From Callorhinchus milii (lineage: Eukaryota): DNA of 64,000 nucleotides. The stretch covers positions 48,920,001-48,984,000 of the forward strand of contig NW_024704743.1 in assembly GCF_018977255.1 (NCBI RefSeq), given 5' to 3'. The position numbers and the translations under genes are program-made. This document shows positions 1 to 13,802 of the stretch, one piece after another. Each line of letters opens with the position of its first letter. Position 1 is the first letter of the stretch. The notes under the pieces were generated by a model. It was not told the origin of the DNA and did not search any database. It saw only the letters and a list, made by a program, of their open reading frames with translations.

Positions 1-865
1 TCATACAGCCTTATTTTCGAACTTTGTGAAGTAAATAATGCGAAGCTATATTTAGCTCTCAGCTGGTTCAGATCGGGCTGATCGGATCTCATCTAAGACA
101 CTGAAGCCAAGATTAATATGTTCATTATCATCATATTAAGGGATTGTCGTTAGCAATTAAATTGACCTTTAAGAGCTGTTTAAATCCACCTATCTTTCTG
201 ATTACTGTAACATTTTAGACCTGATTCAATAAAAGTATTTGCTTTCTCCTGCTCATTTGCCTCATGAGTATGTTGTTATAAGTCTGTTTTCTCACTGAGA
301 TTTTTTAATTATCTATCCAACTACCCTGGCCAATTTGGGTGGGGTGGAGGAGGTGTGGAGGAGGGACTTGATTTCATTTTGAAATTCTCCTTTACCATTG
401 TAAGTAGTAGGTTAAATAATCCTTGCATTTTTGGATAGGGAACCTTTCACATCAGAATGATGTCCCAAAGCGCTTCCCAGGATTTACCTTAACTGTAGAG
501 ACTGTGTGTTTTTTAGGTTAGTACATTTGGAATAATATTGTTTTTCTCTTTGTCTTAGTTTCATAAAACATAGTTCCTGGAATACTGTTCTGAAGGTGCT
601 GACTTGCAGCTACACGGATGCACATAGTATTCCCATTTTACGTTATGGTCAATTATTAGAGAACAAAGAGCTTTTATTATATCCTGATATATCCTTATCC
701 TCATGTTATATTTTAATCCTCAACTACTCTACCAAAAAACGCTTGTGTCTCCTCTCTTTCTCTGCCTGCCTCAGTTCATTAGCTGAGTAGCGTGAAAGCA
801 CTTCGGGCATCTCAGTGTGTGCTCTTAGAAGGCATATGCAGTTATTCCGTTTATATCATAATGTT

Positions 866-1020
866 TCTTTGCATTTGATATGCAGCCTACAACATTGACA
901 AAGCACTTCACAAACATTCTGTAAAGTGTAGTGATTGTATTTGTAGGCAAATTATGTGGCTGGTTTATGGGATGGCAATGTCCCACAAACAGCAATGAAG
1001 TGAAACTATGACCATTTTTG
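866..1020 (-). mobile_element. Old Deu-SINE 3' fragment
   Basis: ttgcatttgata ... gcaatgtcccacaaacagcaatgaagtga. Confidence 0.75.
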
Positions 1021-1634
1021 ATCTGAAGGTTTAGCTGTATTATTCCTGCATTGTTTTTTCTTGAAGCCTTACTATAATAAAATGAAATATACTTGAATAC
1101 GTGGCTGCCAAAGAGCCCTCACAAGGCTATGCAATTCAGGTCCTATGTTAAATCACCACTTATATCCCTGGGCCTATGCCAAATTGCTTCAACCTCCTAA
1201 CCACCTGTGCTGTATGCTCAACAGAAAACAATCAAGTCTACATTCCCCAGCTCCCAAAAGCAGCTGCCATTGTATTATGTAAAGTAACAAATATCTATGA
1301 GTTAGTCTGTAATGTAATGCAGCGTTAGCATGTAGATGAGCTCGCAAACAGCTTGAGCTTCACGCTCATGATTTGTAGAACCATCTAAACCTCTTGATCA
1401 ACTACCTCTCAGGGTATCTATTATTCTATATGTAAGGAAAGCACAACCTCATTACTGTGCTGACACTTATTATGCCTGGCAATGTTACATTTGCAATGGA
1501 TTTTGATGCTGCATTTTCTAACACTGTCAGTCCTTATCTTACTGAATATCTTTTGCTGTATTCAAATAATGTCCTTATTTGTATTTTACAATGGAGCACC
1601 CATGTGAAGGATAGCTGGTAAAATAAACATGTCA

Positions 1635-1844
1635 GGCCTGAAATTTTTCAGTCTCTCAGTCTCACTGCCGTTGTCTTAAAGTGCATAATTTGAAAAGATT
1701 CTTGAAATCAATCTTGATTTAGATGAAAGTTTTCTGCAATTCTTTTTGGGAACTGCAGTAAAATGACTTCCAAATTAAGATGTTTCCAAACATCTGCAAA
1801 AGTTTAAAATGGTCTTAAGGCTAAGACTATTGAAATTTTCAGGG
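1635..1844. mobile_element. Hairpin MITE (cctgaaatt... ends)
   Basis: cctgaaatttttcagtctctcagtct versus ggctaagactattgaaattttcagg; related pieces at ~15245-15466 and ~27813. Confidence 0.6.
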
Positions 1845-2203
1845 TTCACATTTCCCTCAATATAACTTCTTATGCAGTTCATAAATTATACTCTGCTTAT
1901 TTCAAGAAGGTATTCCTAGTGCTGAACTTTGTGAGGTAGACTGAATGTTAATTCACTGAACCATTTCTTCATTTGGACTGTTCTGTGAATATAGTGAAAA
2001 GTGATTGTTCTACTTGAATGTGTCTTAGTGACTGAAACAGGCAAAGTTAACTGACATCAGACAGAAGGTGGATATAGAGTATTGTATTATATTGTGTGCA
2101 CATTTGAGCATTAATTTAACATAGGGTTTTTTGCAGTTTTCGGATCCACTTTTTCTAACAATGATAATAACCATAATCACACTCACAGTCATAATTGTAA
2201 TCA

Positions 2204-2477
2204 TAATAATAATAATAATCCTTGCATTTGATATAGCGCTTTTCACATCTTCGAGCCGTCTCAAAGCGCTTCACAGAATATACTGTTAAGTGAATTGACT
2301 CCATATTTTGTGGGCAAAACTTAATCATCATAATAGAATTATCAATTTTTATTTGGGAGTCTGTTGGCCAGGACACCGGGAAAAACAACTTTCTCTTTTC
2401 AAATAGAGCCTTGGGATCTTTAACGTCCACCTGAACAGGCAGATGGGACCTCAGTTTAATGTCTCATCTGAAGGACA
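2204..2477 (-). mobile_element. SINE tail (2204-2319) plus Deu-domain core (2348-2477)
   Basis: ttggccaggacaccggg...gggatctttaacgtccacctgaacaggcaga...gtttaatgtctcatctgaaggaca is the reverse complement of the Deu domain known from AmnSINE1/SacSINE1. Confidence 0.88.
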
Positions 2478-3592
2478 TATCTAAGTATGTTATCTTTGAT
2501 GTTGAGTAACGCTATTATGGATCCATCAACAGTGAGACAGAGAACATGATCAAATAAGACCGGATGATGTACAATACATGTATTTCAGAGGTCGGTGTAT
2601 CTTTCTCATCTAAAACTGTGTGACAATTCAATATTGCATTGATGTAGTGGAAAATCTGTGTTTAAAAGATGAATATCAAGAGTGTATAATTAATTTAAAA
2701 TAAAAATTAAAGAATATTATGATCTCTAACATTGAAATGGTTAAAAGTGCAGATAGGTACTCAGTGGATACCTGTAGTTGCCAAGTAAAAAGTGGATTTT
2801 GCTTGACAAGGTTCCTGATTTGTTTTTATCTTCTGGTGTGGAAATGGTTCCTGACTCCATCTTATTCAACACTTAGTCTCACCTTTCATTTTCTGATTAG
2901 TGCCTCCGTCTTGGCAGTGACTTCAGAGCAAAAAGCAACAAAGCCAAGAGCTTTCAATGTGTCTGCATTGCTATGTGTCAATCAGTGTCATTCACCATTC
3001 ACCAACATGAACTGACACCATCCATTGATCTCAATCCAACGGGAATGTGTGCATCAACTGTGGCCATTAACTTTAGTAGCAGATAACAAAAGGTATAGAA
3101 AGTCTATACAAAAAAACACCATCTCGCATGTTTGCAATAAACTATATGCACGTTGATGCATAAAACATACCAGGCAGATACAAAAGCATTATAAACATCT
3201 TGTACATTATTTTCTTCACTTGAGATGCAATTGCTATTGTTAATATCAACCCTTTTCATTACAAATAAACACTAGTTAGAAAGGATAAGTAAACATTACA
3301 TTGGATAGGTACAAAGGCCTCTGATTAGGAAAATGCATCCCTTTTATTGCAGTGAATATTTGAATGAGAACCCCTGTGCAGCTTTCACAGCAAGCATAGC
3401 CAGGGAACATCTCAAATTCCTATCACCTTCCCTCAAGATTTATTGTTTGTTGTTTTAGTATTGCTTTTGACAATCCTCTAAAATATAAGGATAAGGAGAG
3501 AGTGAATGAAGCATACGGATGAGAAATGAGAGGTGCAATCTGGTGCAATCTAAATGTCTTTGATTATAAACTACAGGTTTGGGTGAGAATCC

Positions 3593-3675
3593 ACCTCTCC
3601 CTCTTCCCTCTATCCCTCCCTCCCTCTCTTCCTCTCTTTCTCACCTCCCTCCCTCCCTCCCTTGCCTTCCCATTC
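3593..3675 (+). repeat. Polypyrimidine (CCCT/CT) low-complexity tract
   Basis: Direct reading. Confidence 0.8.
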
Positions 3676-4614
3676 CTGATCTCCTCCAGTAGTTGTTCCT
3701 GAAGCCAGTCTGTGAAGATCATTGAACTTCAATGCAACATTCCAGTGCTGGTTCCTGGGATCATGAGCTTAACTGAACTTTTTAAAGTTGAGTTAAACCA
3801 GTGGCCCAAAACTGAAATGGTGGGATTTGTGTGGTGACGAACCCAATTACAGACTCAGATTAACCTTGAGCTCAATTATTCTCACAAAGTCAGGTGGCGG
3901 GTGGAATTTTCAATGGTGTGATAATATCACTGGTGATGATTAACACATCACAACACATTTTTCACACACATAATTTTATCAGAATAGCGCCATATTGAGG
4001 TTGTAAAGGTGTCTTCTGAAGACTTGCTCCTTTCAACATTTTTGAAAATGATTCAATAGTAATAAGGTGACTTTTCAAGAACTACCTGGTTGAACTATGG
4101 TCTGAAGTATTACAGGCCTATAACATCTACTAGTAGATTATTCCGGCAGTAGGTATCCCAGAAAGAGTAGTTTCCAAGTGCTGGCAGCTACCAGAAATTG
4201 TCAATCATTCAGCAGCACCTCCTCCTCGGACTGACAAACAGCGCTCCTGAATTGGCCATGATGATTTACAGGGTGCCTAGAATGGACATCCATCATCCAA
4301 CTTCTATAAATTTAGCAGTAGGAGGAAACTGAGAGCTACATTTCCCTATAGGAACATAGCTCATGTTTGTACGGTATCCATAAGGTTTGTTCCTCTCTAG
4401 CTAGACCAAGACCAAGCAGTGTTTTATGGAAAATGTACTGAGAGTGACAGCAGAGAGCTGAGCCCATGAGTCTGCTGTCAGCAGGTGCTTGATATTTCAG
4501 TAAACCACAGTTTGCACCTTATTCCTGCACTTTCTATCACCTTGCTTCCTCAATGTAATCTGTAAATAGTTCCAGCAGTTGCTCGTGGGAGAAATAAATA
4601 GTCCTGTAGTGTGT

Positions 4615-5227
4615 GTGGAGTCCTGTAGCTCAGTGGTCAGAGCACTCGCCTTGCAAGCGAGAGGACCTGGCTTTGTTTTCTGGGCAGGGCGAAATGTTGA
4701 GCAAGTTTCCTTACTCCACATGTCTCTGTTTACCTATAATAATAATAATCCTTGCATTTGATATAGCACTTTTCACACCTTCTAGACATCTCAAAGCGTT
4801 TCACAGTATATGCTGTAAAGTGAATTGACTGTATATTTGTGGGCGAAACCCGGCAGCCAATTGCGCACAGCAGTGACCCACAAACAGTCGTGGATTGAAA
4901 ATGAACAATTTATTATTGTTTTGTTTTGGAGGGATTATTATTAGGCGTGTGGAATAAGGAAACTTGCCCAAGGTTTGGCCCTGCCTGGAATTGAACACAG
5001 GTGTGTCGCTTGCAAGGCAAATGCTCTAACCATTGAGCTACAGGACTCCTACTCAGTGAGTAGGAACCCAGTTGTTAGTCAATTGGTGGATTGCTATTCC
5101 GGGAATAATAATCTCTTAAAAAAAAATTGTTTACTCAATTCACATTACAGTATATTCTGTGAAGCGCTTTGAGATGTTTTGAAGATGTGATAAGGCGCTA
5201 AAACAAATGCAAGGATTATTATTATAA
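4615..5227 (+). mobile_element. tRNA-Ala-derived SINE (long form with full CORE-like segment), interrupted by a nested antisense SINE at 4736-5049
   Basis: Head gtggagtcctgtagctcagtggtcagagcactcgccTTGCaagcgagag has an A box and anticodon stem ctcgc/gcgag with TGC. Body resumes at ~5050 (cagtgagtaggaacccagttgttagtc) and ends caaatgcaagg(att)n. Confidence 0.9.
4736..5049 (-). mobile_element. tRNA-Ala-derived SINE, short form, full length
   Basis: Reverse complement of head, body and (ATT)n tail; collinear with copies at 20365, 33774 and 41537. Confidence 0.92.
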
Positions 5228-6509
5228 ATAATTGTTCAAAGTGTGTGGTGCTAACTTGTCAAACAGTTACTGTTTGAGGATTGAATGGAAACACACTCTG
5301 TCACGCTCATTTGTCCCTGCTCCACAAAAGCAGCACACCTCCCACTTTGCTCAGCTCCTGGGAATGGCAGCTCCTGCGTCCAGTTGTTTCTGATTTCTTC
5401 CTTTTGCTTTGGGGAGTTTTATTCAGTTTTCTTTCTGAACACACACTTTCCAAAGTAAGAGTAGCTTTTCTTTCACTCAGCGTTTGCTCGATAATAACAA
5501 TAATAATAATCCTTACATTTGATATAGCATCTTTCATGCTGGGAGGACGTATCAAAGCGCTTTATAGGTGCAGGAAATGTGTGTTTTGTAGGCATAGAAA
5601 TTAAATTCTATTCAGTGTTATCAGCCACAAATGGGCTATCCTTCACCAAAGTTGCTAATGTGCAATGCAATGCCAAATGGAATTTCAGCCCAATTGTGTT
5701 TTGTTTAGGAAGTCTCCTTCTCAGGCAGATTACTGAGGCTACAGTGCTTTCAAGCTATTTTTCCCGTCCATTCCTTGAAACAATATCACTCCAATCAAAG
5801 GAACTTGCCTTTTGTCAGCTTTTCAGTACTTCCGTGTCTTCTGCATTATTGTTAGCCTCTACGAGAACTTTTACTCAACTGCACTTTGTTTCTGTCTCCT
5901 GATCCATGCAACAATATAACAACTGTTTGAAAAATCTTTATGCATAAGCAAATGAGATCCTCATTTTGAGATCTTAGGTTTCTAGCTGTTTTGCTTATTA
6001 TTTTTTTTACACTGCATTTGACTTGAAGAACACCTTAATCTATTTTCTGATGGCTGTGCATTAATTTATCATTTTCACTTCTTTTACAAATTATCTCAAG
6101 ATCAACGAATTCTTTCCTGCTGTTTCATAAGCCATCTGATTGTTTCACACTGGCTCTTTTAGTGTGACATGTTTTATCATCCGTTACCCCCTTATATCTC
6201 TATGGTGGTCTCCTTGATGTCTATATTTCTTCAGTTGCCTCATTTAGCACTGTTATTCCAAATATATTTATCAGATATCCTGTACCATGGGGATTGAACA
6301 TTTGCTCCTTAGGGAGCACATGGTGGGCGGGTGGGGGGGGGGGGGTAGAAAAAATAGATTTATTTTTTGATCTTAGAATTTCAGAGCGTGCCGAATTTGG
6401 AAAATGTATGAGTCTTTGAAGCCAATGCTCTGTAGTTCTTAAAATAATGTATACACACTCTTATCCTTGACCACTGCTCACCACACAGATCACATTCCAC
6501 AGACTCTGA

Positions 6510-6790
6510 CAATCTTGGCCAACGTTCCCCCCAGATAAAACTGGTCATTCATTTCATGGCTATTTGTGGGATATTTTGAGACATTCCGACATGCGATAAA
6601 GTGCCACATCAAATACAACAATTATTAACATAGGATTATTATTATGATAGTGTTCTGATATCTTCAATATGAACCTGAACAGACAGAGGGGCTTTCAGTT
6701 GATCATCTTATCCTAAGGATGGCACCTCCGAGAATACAGCTCTGTACTGGAATTTTAGCCCCATGGTCTCAAGTCCTAAAGTGGGGCTTT
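6510..6790. mobile_element. Two degraded Deu-SINE pieces (plus 6510-6650, minus 6660-6790)
   Basis: ttggccaac...catggctatttgtggg, then acctgaacagacagagggg...gatggcacctccga. Confidence 0.6.
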
Positions 6791-7001
6791 ACATTACGTT
6801 AATGATAAGGTGATAACTGAAAATAGTCTATTCTACACAGTGTTGTGTGCAAACAAATCAAAGTACACAATGTGATTTAAAGTTATATATGATGTGATGT
6901 AAGCTATTCCATCCTGTTGAGCCTTTCGCCAGCTATGCATGGAAAACTGGGTTATTATTAGGAGTAATTATTAGGTATTAGATAAGTATTGACTGTATAT
7001 T

Positions 7002-7440
7002 TCACCCACACAATATACAGTCAATTCACTTTACAGTATATTCTGTGAAGCGCTTTGAGACGTCTCAAAGATACGATAAGGTGCTATATCAAACGCAAGT
7101 ATTATTATTATCCTTTACAATAATAATTTTTGCATTTGATACTGCGCCTTATCAGGCTGTCGAGACATCACAAATTGCATCACAAGATTTTACTGTGAAG
7201 TGTAGTGACTGTGTATTTGTGGGTGAGATTTACTTCATTTTCTGGCGTTTGGTCGGTGGACTCCTGTGTGGCTTTAATTTTCTTTGTATATTATTGTCGC
7301 ACATGGACAAGGTTATTTTGGGAAAGAGGGCAGGATGTATTCTGTATTGTTTCTTCTTTCATAATAATTCCTAAATTTGACATTTCACGCTCCCAGAATT
7401 TACTGTAAAGTGCAGTGACTGTGTATTTTGTAGGCGAACA
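7002..7440. mobile_element. Cluster of three tail-only SINE pieces (+7002-7110, -7118-7227, -7360-7440)
   Basis: Each contains the gtgaagcgctttgagacgtc...gctatatcaaatgcaag motif or a degenerate reverse complement. Confidence 0.8.
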
Positions 7441-7899
7441 TTGGTTCTGATAACAATGCAGACTTTACCTGGCTGGGTTCTCCCTAGTGCCTCTGCACTG
7501 GGACCATTACTTCCTCAGGTACAATGAACTGCTTTGTTCTTGCAGTTTATGGCCTCAATCTAAGACCCTTACTTACATTATAGGCTTGTAACTCACCCTC
7601 ATCTGTCTGTGGCATCTATTAAAGGATGTGCTGCAGCACGGTTTTCATTCAATATTGATGTCACGGATGCATACATTTAATTTTACTCAGTCACTAAGTG
7701 TATATTGATTGGAGGTTAGGCTTGACAGATAGTCCTGCCTCACCGCACTGCTAAACAAGCTAATGTGATTTCTTTCTTATTTAATGTAAATATGTCGCTG
7801 CCTGTCAGACTATTTAAAATCTTAGTGCCAGTCAGCACACTCTTCGCTTTCATGAATTCTTAACTTTCTTAAAAGAGACTAATAGGAAAACATGCAAAC

Positions 7900-8003
7900 T
7901 GGAAATGTGAAGTAAAAATTGGATTGCTCTTTTCAAACAGCCGGCAAAGACACGATGGGCCGAATGGCCTTCTTCTGTGCTGTATAATTCTATGATCCTA
8001 TGA
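7900..8003 (+). mobile_element. CR1 3' terminus
   Basis: gacacgatgggccgaatggccttcttctgtgctgtataattctatgatcctatga, the CR1-type terminal hairpin plus octamer repeats. Confidence 0.85.
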
Positions 8004-8078
8004 AAAACAAAAATACTGAGAAGACACTCAGGTGTTGATCGAACTGCTGATGTGTTTCCAGTACTTTCTGTTTTTATT
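8004..8078. mobile_element. Collapsed copy of the same palindromic element
   Basis: aaaacaaaaatactgagaagacactcag ... ctgctgatgtgtttccagtactttctgtttttatt. Confidence 0.6.
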
Positions 8079-8257
8079 CCACAACTGCTTGTTTTTGTAA
8101 CATTGTTGTAATGTGACCTGCACAGATTTATGAAGAGAGGAAAACATGGTGCAGGCTCATTCCGGTACCAAGCTGAGGCAGTGCTGCATTGTTAGAGGTG
8201 TTGTCCTTTGGAAAAGACAATAACAGGTAATTGTTGTTAAATGTTGTTGACAAACTC

Positions 8258-8548
8258 GGCAGCCAATTTTTACAGCAATGTCCCAGAAACAGCCACAAAG
8301 TGACCCATTTATTTGGAGAATACTTGGGCACCAGGAGAAACTCCCTTCTGGCTTCAAATAGTATCATGTAATCTTTCCCACATGCAGATGTGTCATTCAA
8401 TGGGTGGCACTCCCAAAAATGCAGTACCACCCCAACACTGCAATGGAGTGTCAGGCTAGACTATGACTGTGAAGTCAAGACATAGGGAGGAGGTGGCTTG
8501 AACACATGATCTTCTAGCCCAGAGGTGGGAGTGCTTCCATCTAAGCCA
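8258..8548 (-). mobile_element. Old SacSINE1-like Deu-SINE with degenerate tRNA head
   Basis: cagcaatgtcccagaaacagcc, caggagaaactccc, cactgcaatggagtgtcaggctaga, cttgaacacatgatcttct...agagg. Confidence 0.75.
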
Positions 8549-9984
8549 GGTTGATAAGAGCCACCTGAGCTAACAATGCAAAATATAACTAAATGGTTAT
8601 ATTTTAACCTAAGTGGTTAAAGGGGTTTCTTTACTCCAATGAATAGTGTTCAAGATGGACAGCTGTAATGTGAAGTTAATAGTTAATAATTTTGAAGTTA
8701 ATATGTGTAAGGAGTCCTCAAGAACTTATGTGACCATCGCTGACTACCTCGGTGCTTAACTTGGATTAGATGAAGAACCCAGGATTTCCCTCAAGCTGTT
8801 TAAAATGGTTTATTTGCTGTTTTATAGTGCAGAGAGATTATACTCACTATCAGCCATTGACCTAATTGGAGAACTTGCACAAAATACAATTGATAAACCT
8901 TAATCAATGCTAAGTAGGTTACCAAAATGATACTGGGATCAAGATCATTCATGTATCAGCATTTTGATAGATTGCCTATTATACAACAACTAATTTACCA
9001 ACATTTGTTCCTTAGTCAAAATAATTATTTCCTTTGGAAATTAGTTTAATTAGACTTCACAAAACACAAGGAAATCTTCAAAATCGTCCCTATATTTTTA
9101 ACTTTCAGGAATTTTGCAGGTCATTATAGAATTCTGTATACACCATGTGAAAAAGGATATGTTTGACCATTCATTAAGAGATAAATGTGTAACCACTACA
9201 AAGAAATATTGGACCGACCTTCCTCTTATCAATAAAATTAAAGTTGTAATGGGATGAACGCTTTATCCATTTAAAAAAAAAGTTCCAATTTTCTGTCTGC
9301 TGGCACAAGTAGCTAATAGCATTTTCCGAATATTGAAAAAAATTAAGGCACTTGGTCAATTAAGTTATGATTATCTTTGGGAATTGGAAATATTAATGTA
9401 TAATGTTTCCTCAGAAGATTAAATGGATGAATCAGAATCCATAAAGTGGATTGCTTATAATCTGTGCAATCTTATTCTAACATGGTCTTCTGTGACCAAT
9501 AGCTCAGAGGCTGTGTTATTATCAAAGCATGAAAAAATGACCAGTGCTGACATCACTTCCTATATGAGATGACATTAGTGGCATTTCCTGCACATAGCAC
9601 TCATGCACAACAGGCAGGAAGTTGCATCAACCAATCTAATGCCCTAGAAGTTGGCCATTTTAACACTAAAAGCTAGCAAGACAGCGCTAGAAGCCAGGTG
9701 TACCATGTTTCTGGTTAGCAAGGGTCCACAGAACACCAATGCTATACATGAGGCAATCCTATTTTGGAGTGCAATCTAACAGCGTTGCTCTGTAGTTTTT
9801 TCACTTTCCATGTTTTCTCGAATTCTTAACCCAAATGAGGGCAGCACATTTGAAAGCTTGAGGGCTATTAGCAGCTGGCAACACACTTCAAGAGAGCAAG
9901 TTCTATAAATGGACTGTGTATAGGCTCACGGTGGGTTTGTGCTACTTTGTTCTAGAGTATCAGCCTGACTCAGATGGTATCTTG

Positions 9985-10850
9985 AGCTGGGACTTGAGCT
10001 CATAGTATAGACTGACAGTAGGCTGACAGTACAGAGTTGGGGAAATAATGCATTGTCAGAGTTGCCATCCTTCCTTCGGATGAGACATTAATGAATACCA
10101 AGATCCAACCTGCCTGTTCACTATGAATTTAAAGATCCCATGAGATTATTCTAAAAGGAAACAGTTTTTCCCACAATTACAGCTGCAGATAGGACCTTAG
10201 CAAGGTCCCACAAGCAACAGCAATTTACATTTATGTAGCGATTTTCACATAAGAAGGACATGTCAAAACACTTCACATAGCTGACCTAAGCAGGAGGAGG
10301 GGGTGGCAGCTGAAGAGGAAAGGCAAAGGGTGAAACCATAGTTGAAAAGATAAGTGTAAGGTGAGATTTGAAAGCAGAGAGGGAGGGAGGGAGGGAGGTG
10401 GAGGGACTCCAGAATGAAGTTCCAGAGTAGGGCAGAGTTTGCTCATTAATGGTGGAACATAGTGTGCAGGGGACATGAATCAAGCCTAGGTTTGGTGAGC
10501 ATGGGGAGCAGCCAGGTCAGTCAGGTTACAGGAAGTCACAGAGGTAGGAAAGGGTGAGGCTGTGGAGGCAGTTGAAGGTAAGGACGAGAATTTGATAAGA
10601 GGATGAGGATCCAGTGGAGGCAACTGCATAAGGTGAACAGCCAATTAATGTGCAAGCGAACGACAAATTAATGCTCCAAATACATTGATTAGTTACCTCA
10701 TGCCTGTTTATGAAACCTTGCTGTGTGCAAACTGGCTGCCTTGTTTGCCCACAAAAATAGTCGCTTCTTGCAAACAGTAATTGCTTGTGAAGCTTTGGAA
10801 TGTTTTGACATTACAGACGCTATAACAGATACAACGCTTATTATTTATTT
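9985..10850 (+). mobile_element. Old Deu-SINE split by an antisense L2 fragment
   Basis: Deu core at 10050-10170 (ttcggatgagacattaa...taaagatcccatg) and 3' half at 10695-10850 (ttgctgtgtgcaaactggctgcc). Confidence 0.7.
10215..10622 (-). mobile_element. L2 LINE 3' fragment
   Basis: caacagcaatttacatttat tail; minus-strand translation includes SLPPSLSAFKSHLTLIF, the end of L2 ORF2. Confidence 0.8.
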
Positions 10851-12449
10851 ATTTAATATTAGAATTTGAAATTTAGAGAAAATAGGAGGAGGGAGCTGTT
10901 GATTGCTTAGTAAATTTAGACTGTCAGAGGAGTGAGGAATGATGGAATGTTGGACTTACTGCAGAATGTGCAACATTATAAATCACAGTGTGATGAGTAT
11001 CCAGTCAGACTGTGCTGGTTCAGTCTGTCAGGTACTTTATAATTAAAGACCTTCAAAGCTGATTCTGAGTGGTCAGCCTGCGCTAATCTTCAACAGCATG
11101 CAGCATTCACTGCTATAAACTAATTCAGAGCACATTTTGATCCATGTTAATATTAATAAAATTACCCCTTTTCGTAGTTTACCCTCCTTCCCAGATAAAC
11201 CTACAAATAACTTTTCAAAAAGTCACCTCTCTTCTTATGCCATACTGTGGACCATCTTATAAGCCTTATCTTTAAGGGCCAGACGGAAAGCTTAACATAG
11301 CAGGATTCCTATTATCAATAACACAACTACAAAACCTTGCATTAATATAGAGCCCTTCTACGATGTAGTCTCAGAGCACTAAAGTACTTCGACCTCCAGT
11401 GTGGAAGAACATCAGTGAAAAAATCTTTTAGACATTCAGGTAACAGACATTAACAAAATGATCATTGTGGTTTGTAGGAGAGGGGGAGAGTTACAGAACA
11501 TTGGATGTTGTAGTGCTCTTCCACATTGAAGATCACAGTAGGTCAGGATATTGAGAACCACATAGGTATAAGTAGATGAAGTAACAACCTTCTGTGGATG
11601 ATCCAAGTTTAGGTTTCACATCTTACATGGCAACATTAGGGACAAGCATTTGGATACATTCAGATCAGATTTGTATTTGACTTTAGCTGCTGAGCACAAT
11701 CTTAATTAAGGATTCGGAAACCTGTACCTTCTTGTCTGGAGGGTCTCTTGAGTGTCAGGACACATGGTAATAGTTTTAACCTAGATTCTGAATAGACCTA
11801 CAAGGATATGAAGCTGATTTACTTATATTTACATTGGGTAAAAATATCTTCTAGTTGAAGACATTTGTAGATGTTTATAGATCATTTTCTCAACCCTGAA
11901 ATATCAAGAATATCATTTACATTTTCTTTTTTCTAAAAGAATGGGTTGTCTGACTGATTGTGGCTAATGGTGGCTAGATCATCTGCTATGATGATGGGGA
12001 AACATTCAATGGAACGGGAGGCATATGCTGACAGAAAGATACAGTATTTTGCCCTTCTGTGTATTAAAGGACTGGCAAATCAGAACATGAAGGTTTTGAA
12101 TCATGCCAAATTTCGATGTTTTGCTTATCAAGCAGAATTGGCCCAATATTGAGTCCAGTCCTAAACTTTGAGCCACTGTGAATGTAATATGTACTTCAGC
12201 CTCTAACAATACTACATAAAGGGTCCTATATAATAGTCAGGAGTTGCAAGGCAATAACTCAATCAAACAGTAATGATGATATAAACCACAAGAGTGAAGT
12301 TCAAGAGGTTTATGAATATGTAGAACCCAAAGATTGATTTACTGACTAGAATTTACTGCCAGCTATTTGTTATTCTTTTCATACATATTGAATAGATTTT
12401 TTTGATAATGAATTCCTACCATTGATGTAGGAGCACCACAATATATAAT

Positions 12450-12698
12450 GGGGTGGAAATTCCACCCAGTTTTACATTTACTTTATTTACTTAGCTATCA
12501 AATGCAAGTATTATTATGATTATTATTATTTCAGAACATCCAGAAGTTGTCAAAATCTTAAATTCAGTTTTAATTTTGAAGTTGAGTTCTTTTAAGAACC
12601 ACGTAAAACTAATTTCAAAGTTAGTACCAAATTCAGCAAAACTGCTCTGAAATGCTAAGTAAATAGAGAAAATTTAGGCCAGGTGGAATTTCTACCCC
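12450..12698. mobile_element. MITE with TIR ggggt(g/a)gaaattccacc
   Basis: Left ggggtggaaattccacc, right ggtggaatttctacccc; internal partial palindrome; a short SINE tail sits at ~12494-12530. Confidence 0.75.
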
Positions 12699-13802
12699 AT
12701 ATGTAAGACATAGCATCAGTTGACTGATGGTATGGTTTAATATGATTTATTTTAACTGGAAAATAAAACTATTCATCATATTACTCTCTAATATGCCATA
12801 GTGCCTTTACTGTTTAATCTAGTGCTGGTTGTTGAAACATGAAAGTTTTACATTTTGTCTGCTTTTAATTTGCTGACATAGCGCATGGCTATGCTCTTCC
12901 TTTTACTATGGTTAACAACATGGCTGCTCCTTGGACTGTATCTTACTAGTTGGTGAAACTTTTGACAGAAATAATAGCTCGGTTTGGAATAAATCTGCCT
13001 GCTGTTGTTTCCTGGACTCTATTTTGCTTGCCACTAACAGTCCATTGACATCAAAATGAATTCCCTGTGTTACACCGTCATCCAAACCATAATACAGTAT
13101 ATCAATGTTTTGAAAAAAAAGTTTGATTCTGAACTGCTCTAGTAACATCGTATAGTAGGTGAGGAACACCTATATATCTATAACTTTATCTGTTCAGTAT
13201 GACTTTTAGTGTTGCAAAAAAAATCCATTACCAATGATCAAAATAGATGAAAGATCAGAAGGCAGAGCCCCATAAATTATACTCCTTAAAGAAGTCGTCG
13301 TTTACTCTGCAGGTTGGATTCCTTTGTTGTCAATCTGACCTCTGGGCACCACTGCTGACTTCTTATTGACTTATATAGGTGTTAACTCCTGTGCTATATT
13401 TGAGCATAGCTCATCAATCAAAGATCCAGCGTATTGTAGGGATACCAGCATATTATGGACTAAAATTCCATCACCATAGGGGGACTTCCTTTTAATACAT
13501 CCAGGTAACATACTTCACCTCAAGTGGTTGAAGTATACGTTACATTCAAATTACTATCATACATCTTACTGTCTTTCACTGTGATTAATTCATATGCAGC
13601 ATGTTGTTGGAAGCAGTTTGTTGTCTTTAATTTCCTCTGTCCTTTCTCTGATGATGCAGTGCTGCCACATTAACTTTGTCATGTCGCTGGGCCATAGCTA
13701 TCCCAACAAAAGTGTTCAAGATACAATATCCCTTTCCAGCACCTTTTCAGGAGACAGTACTTGTGGCCTGATTTTCATCCATTTTACATGCCCCTTTTTG
13801 TT

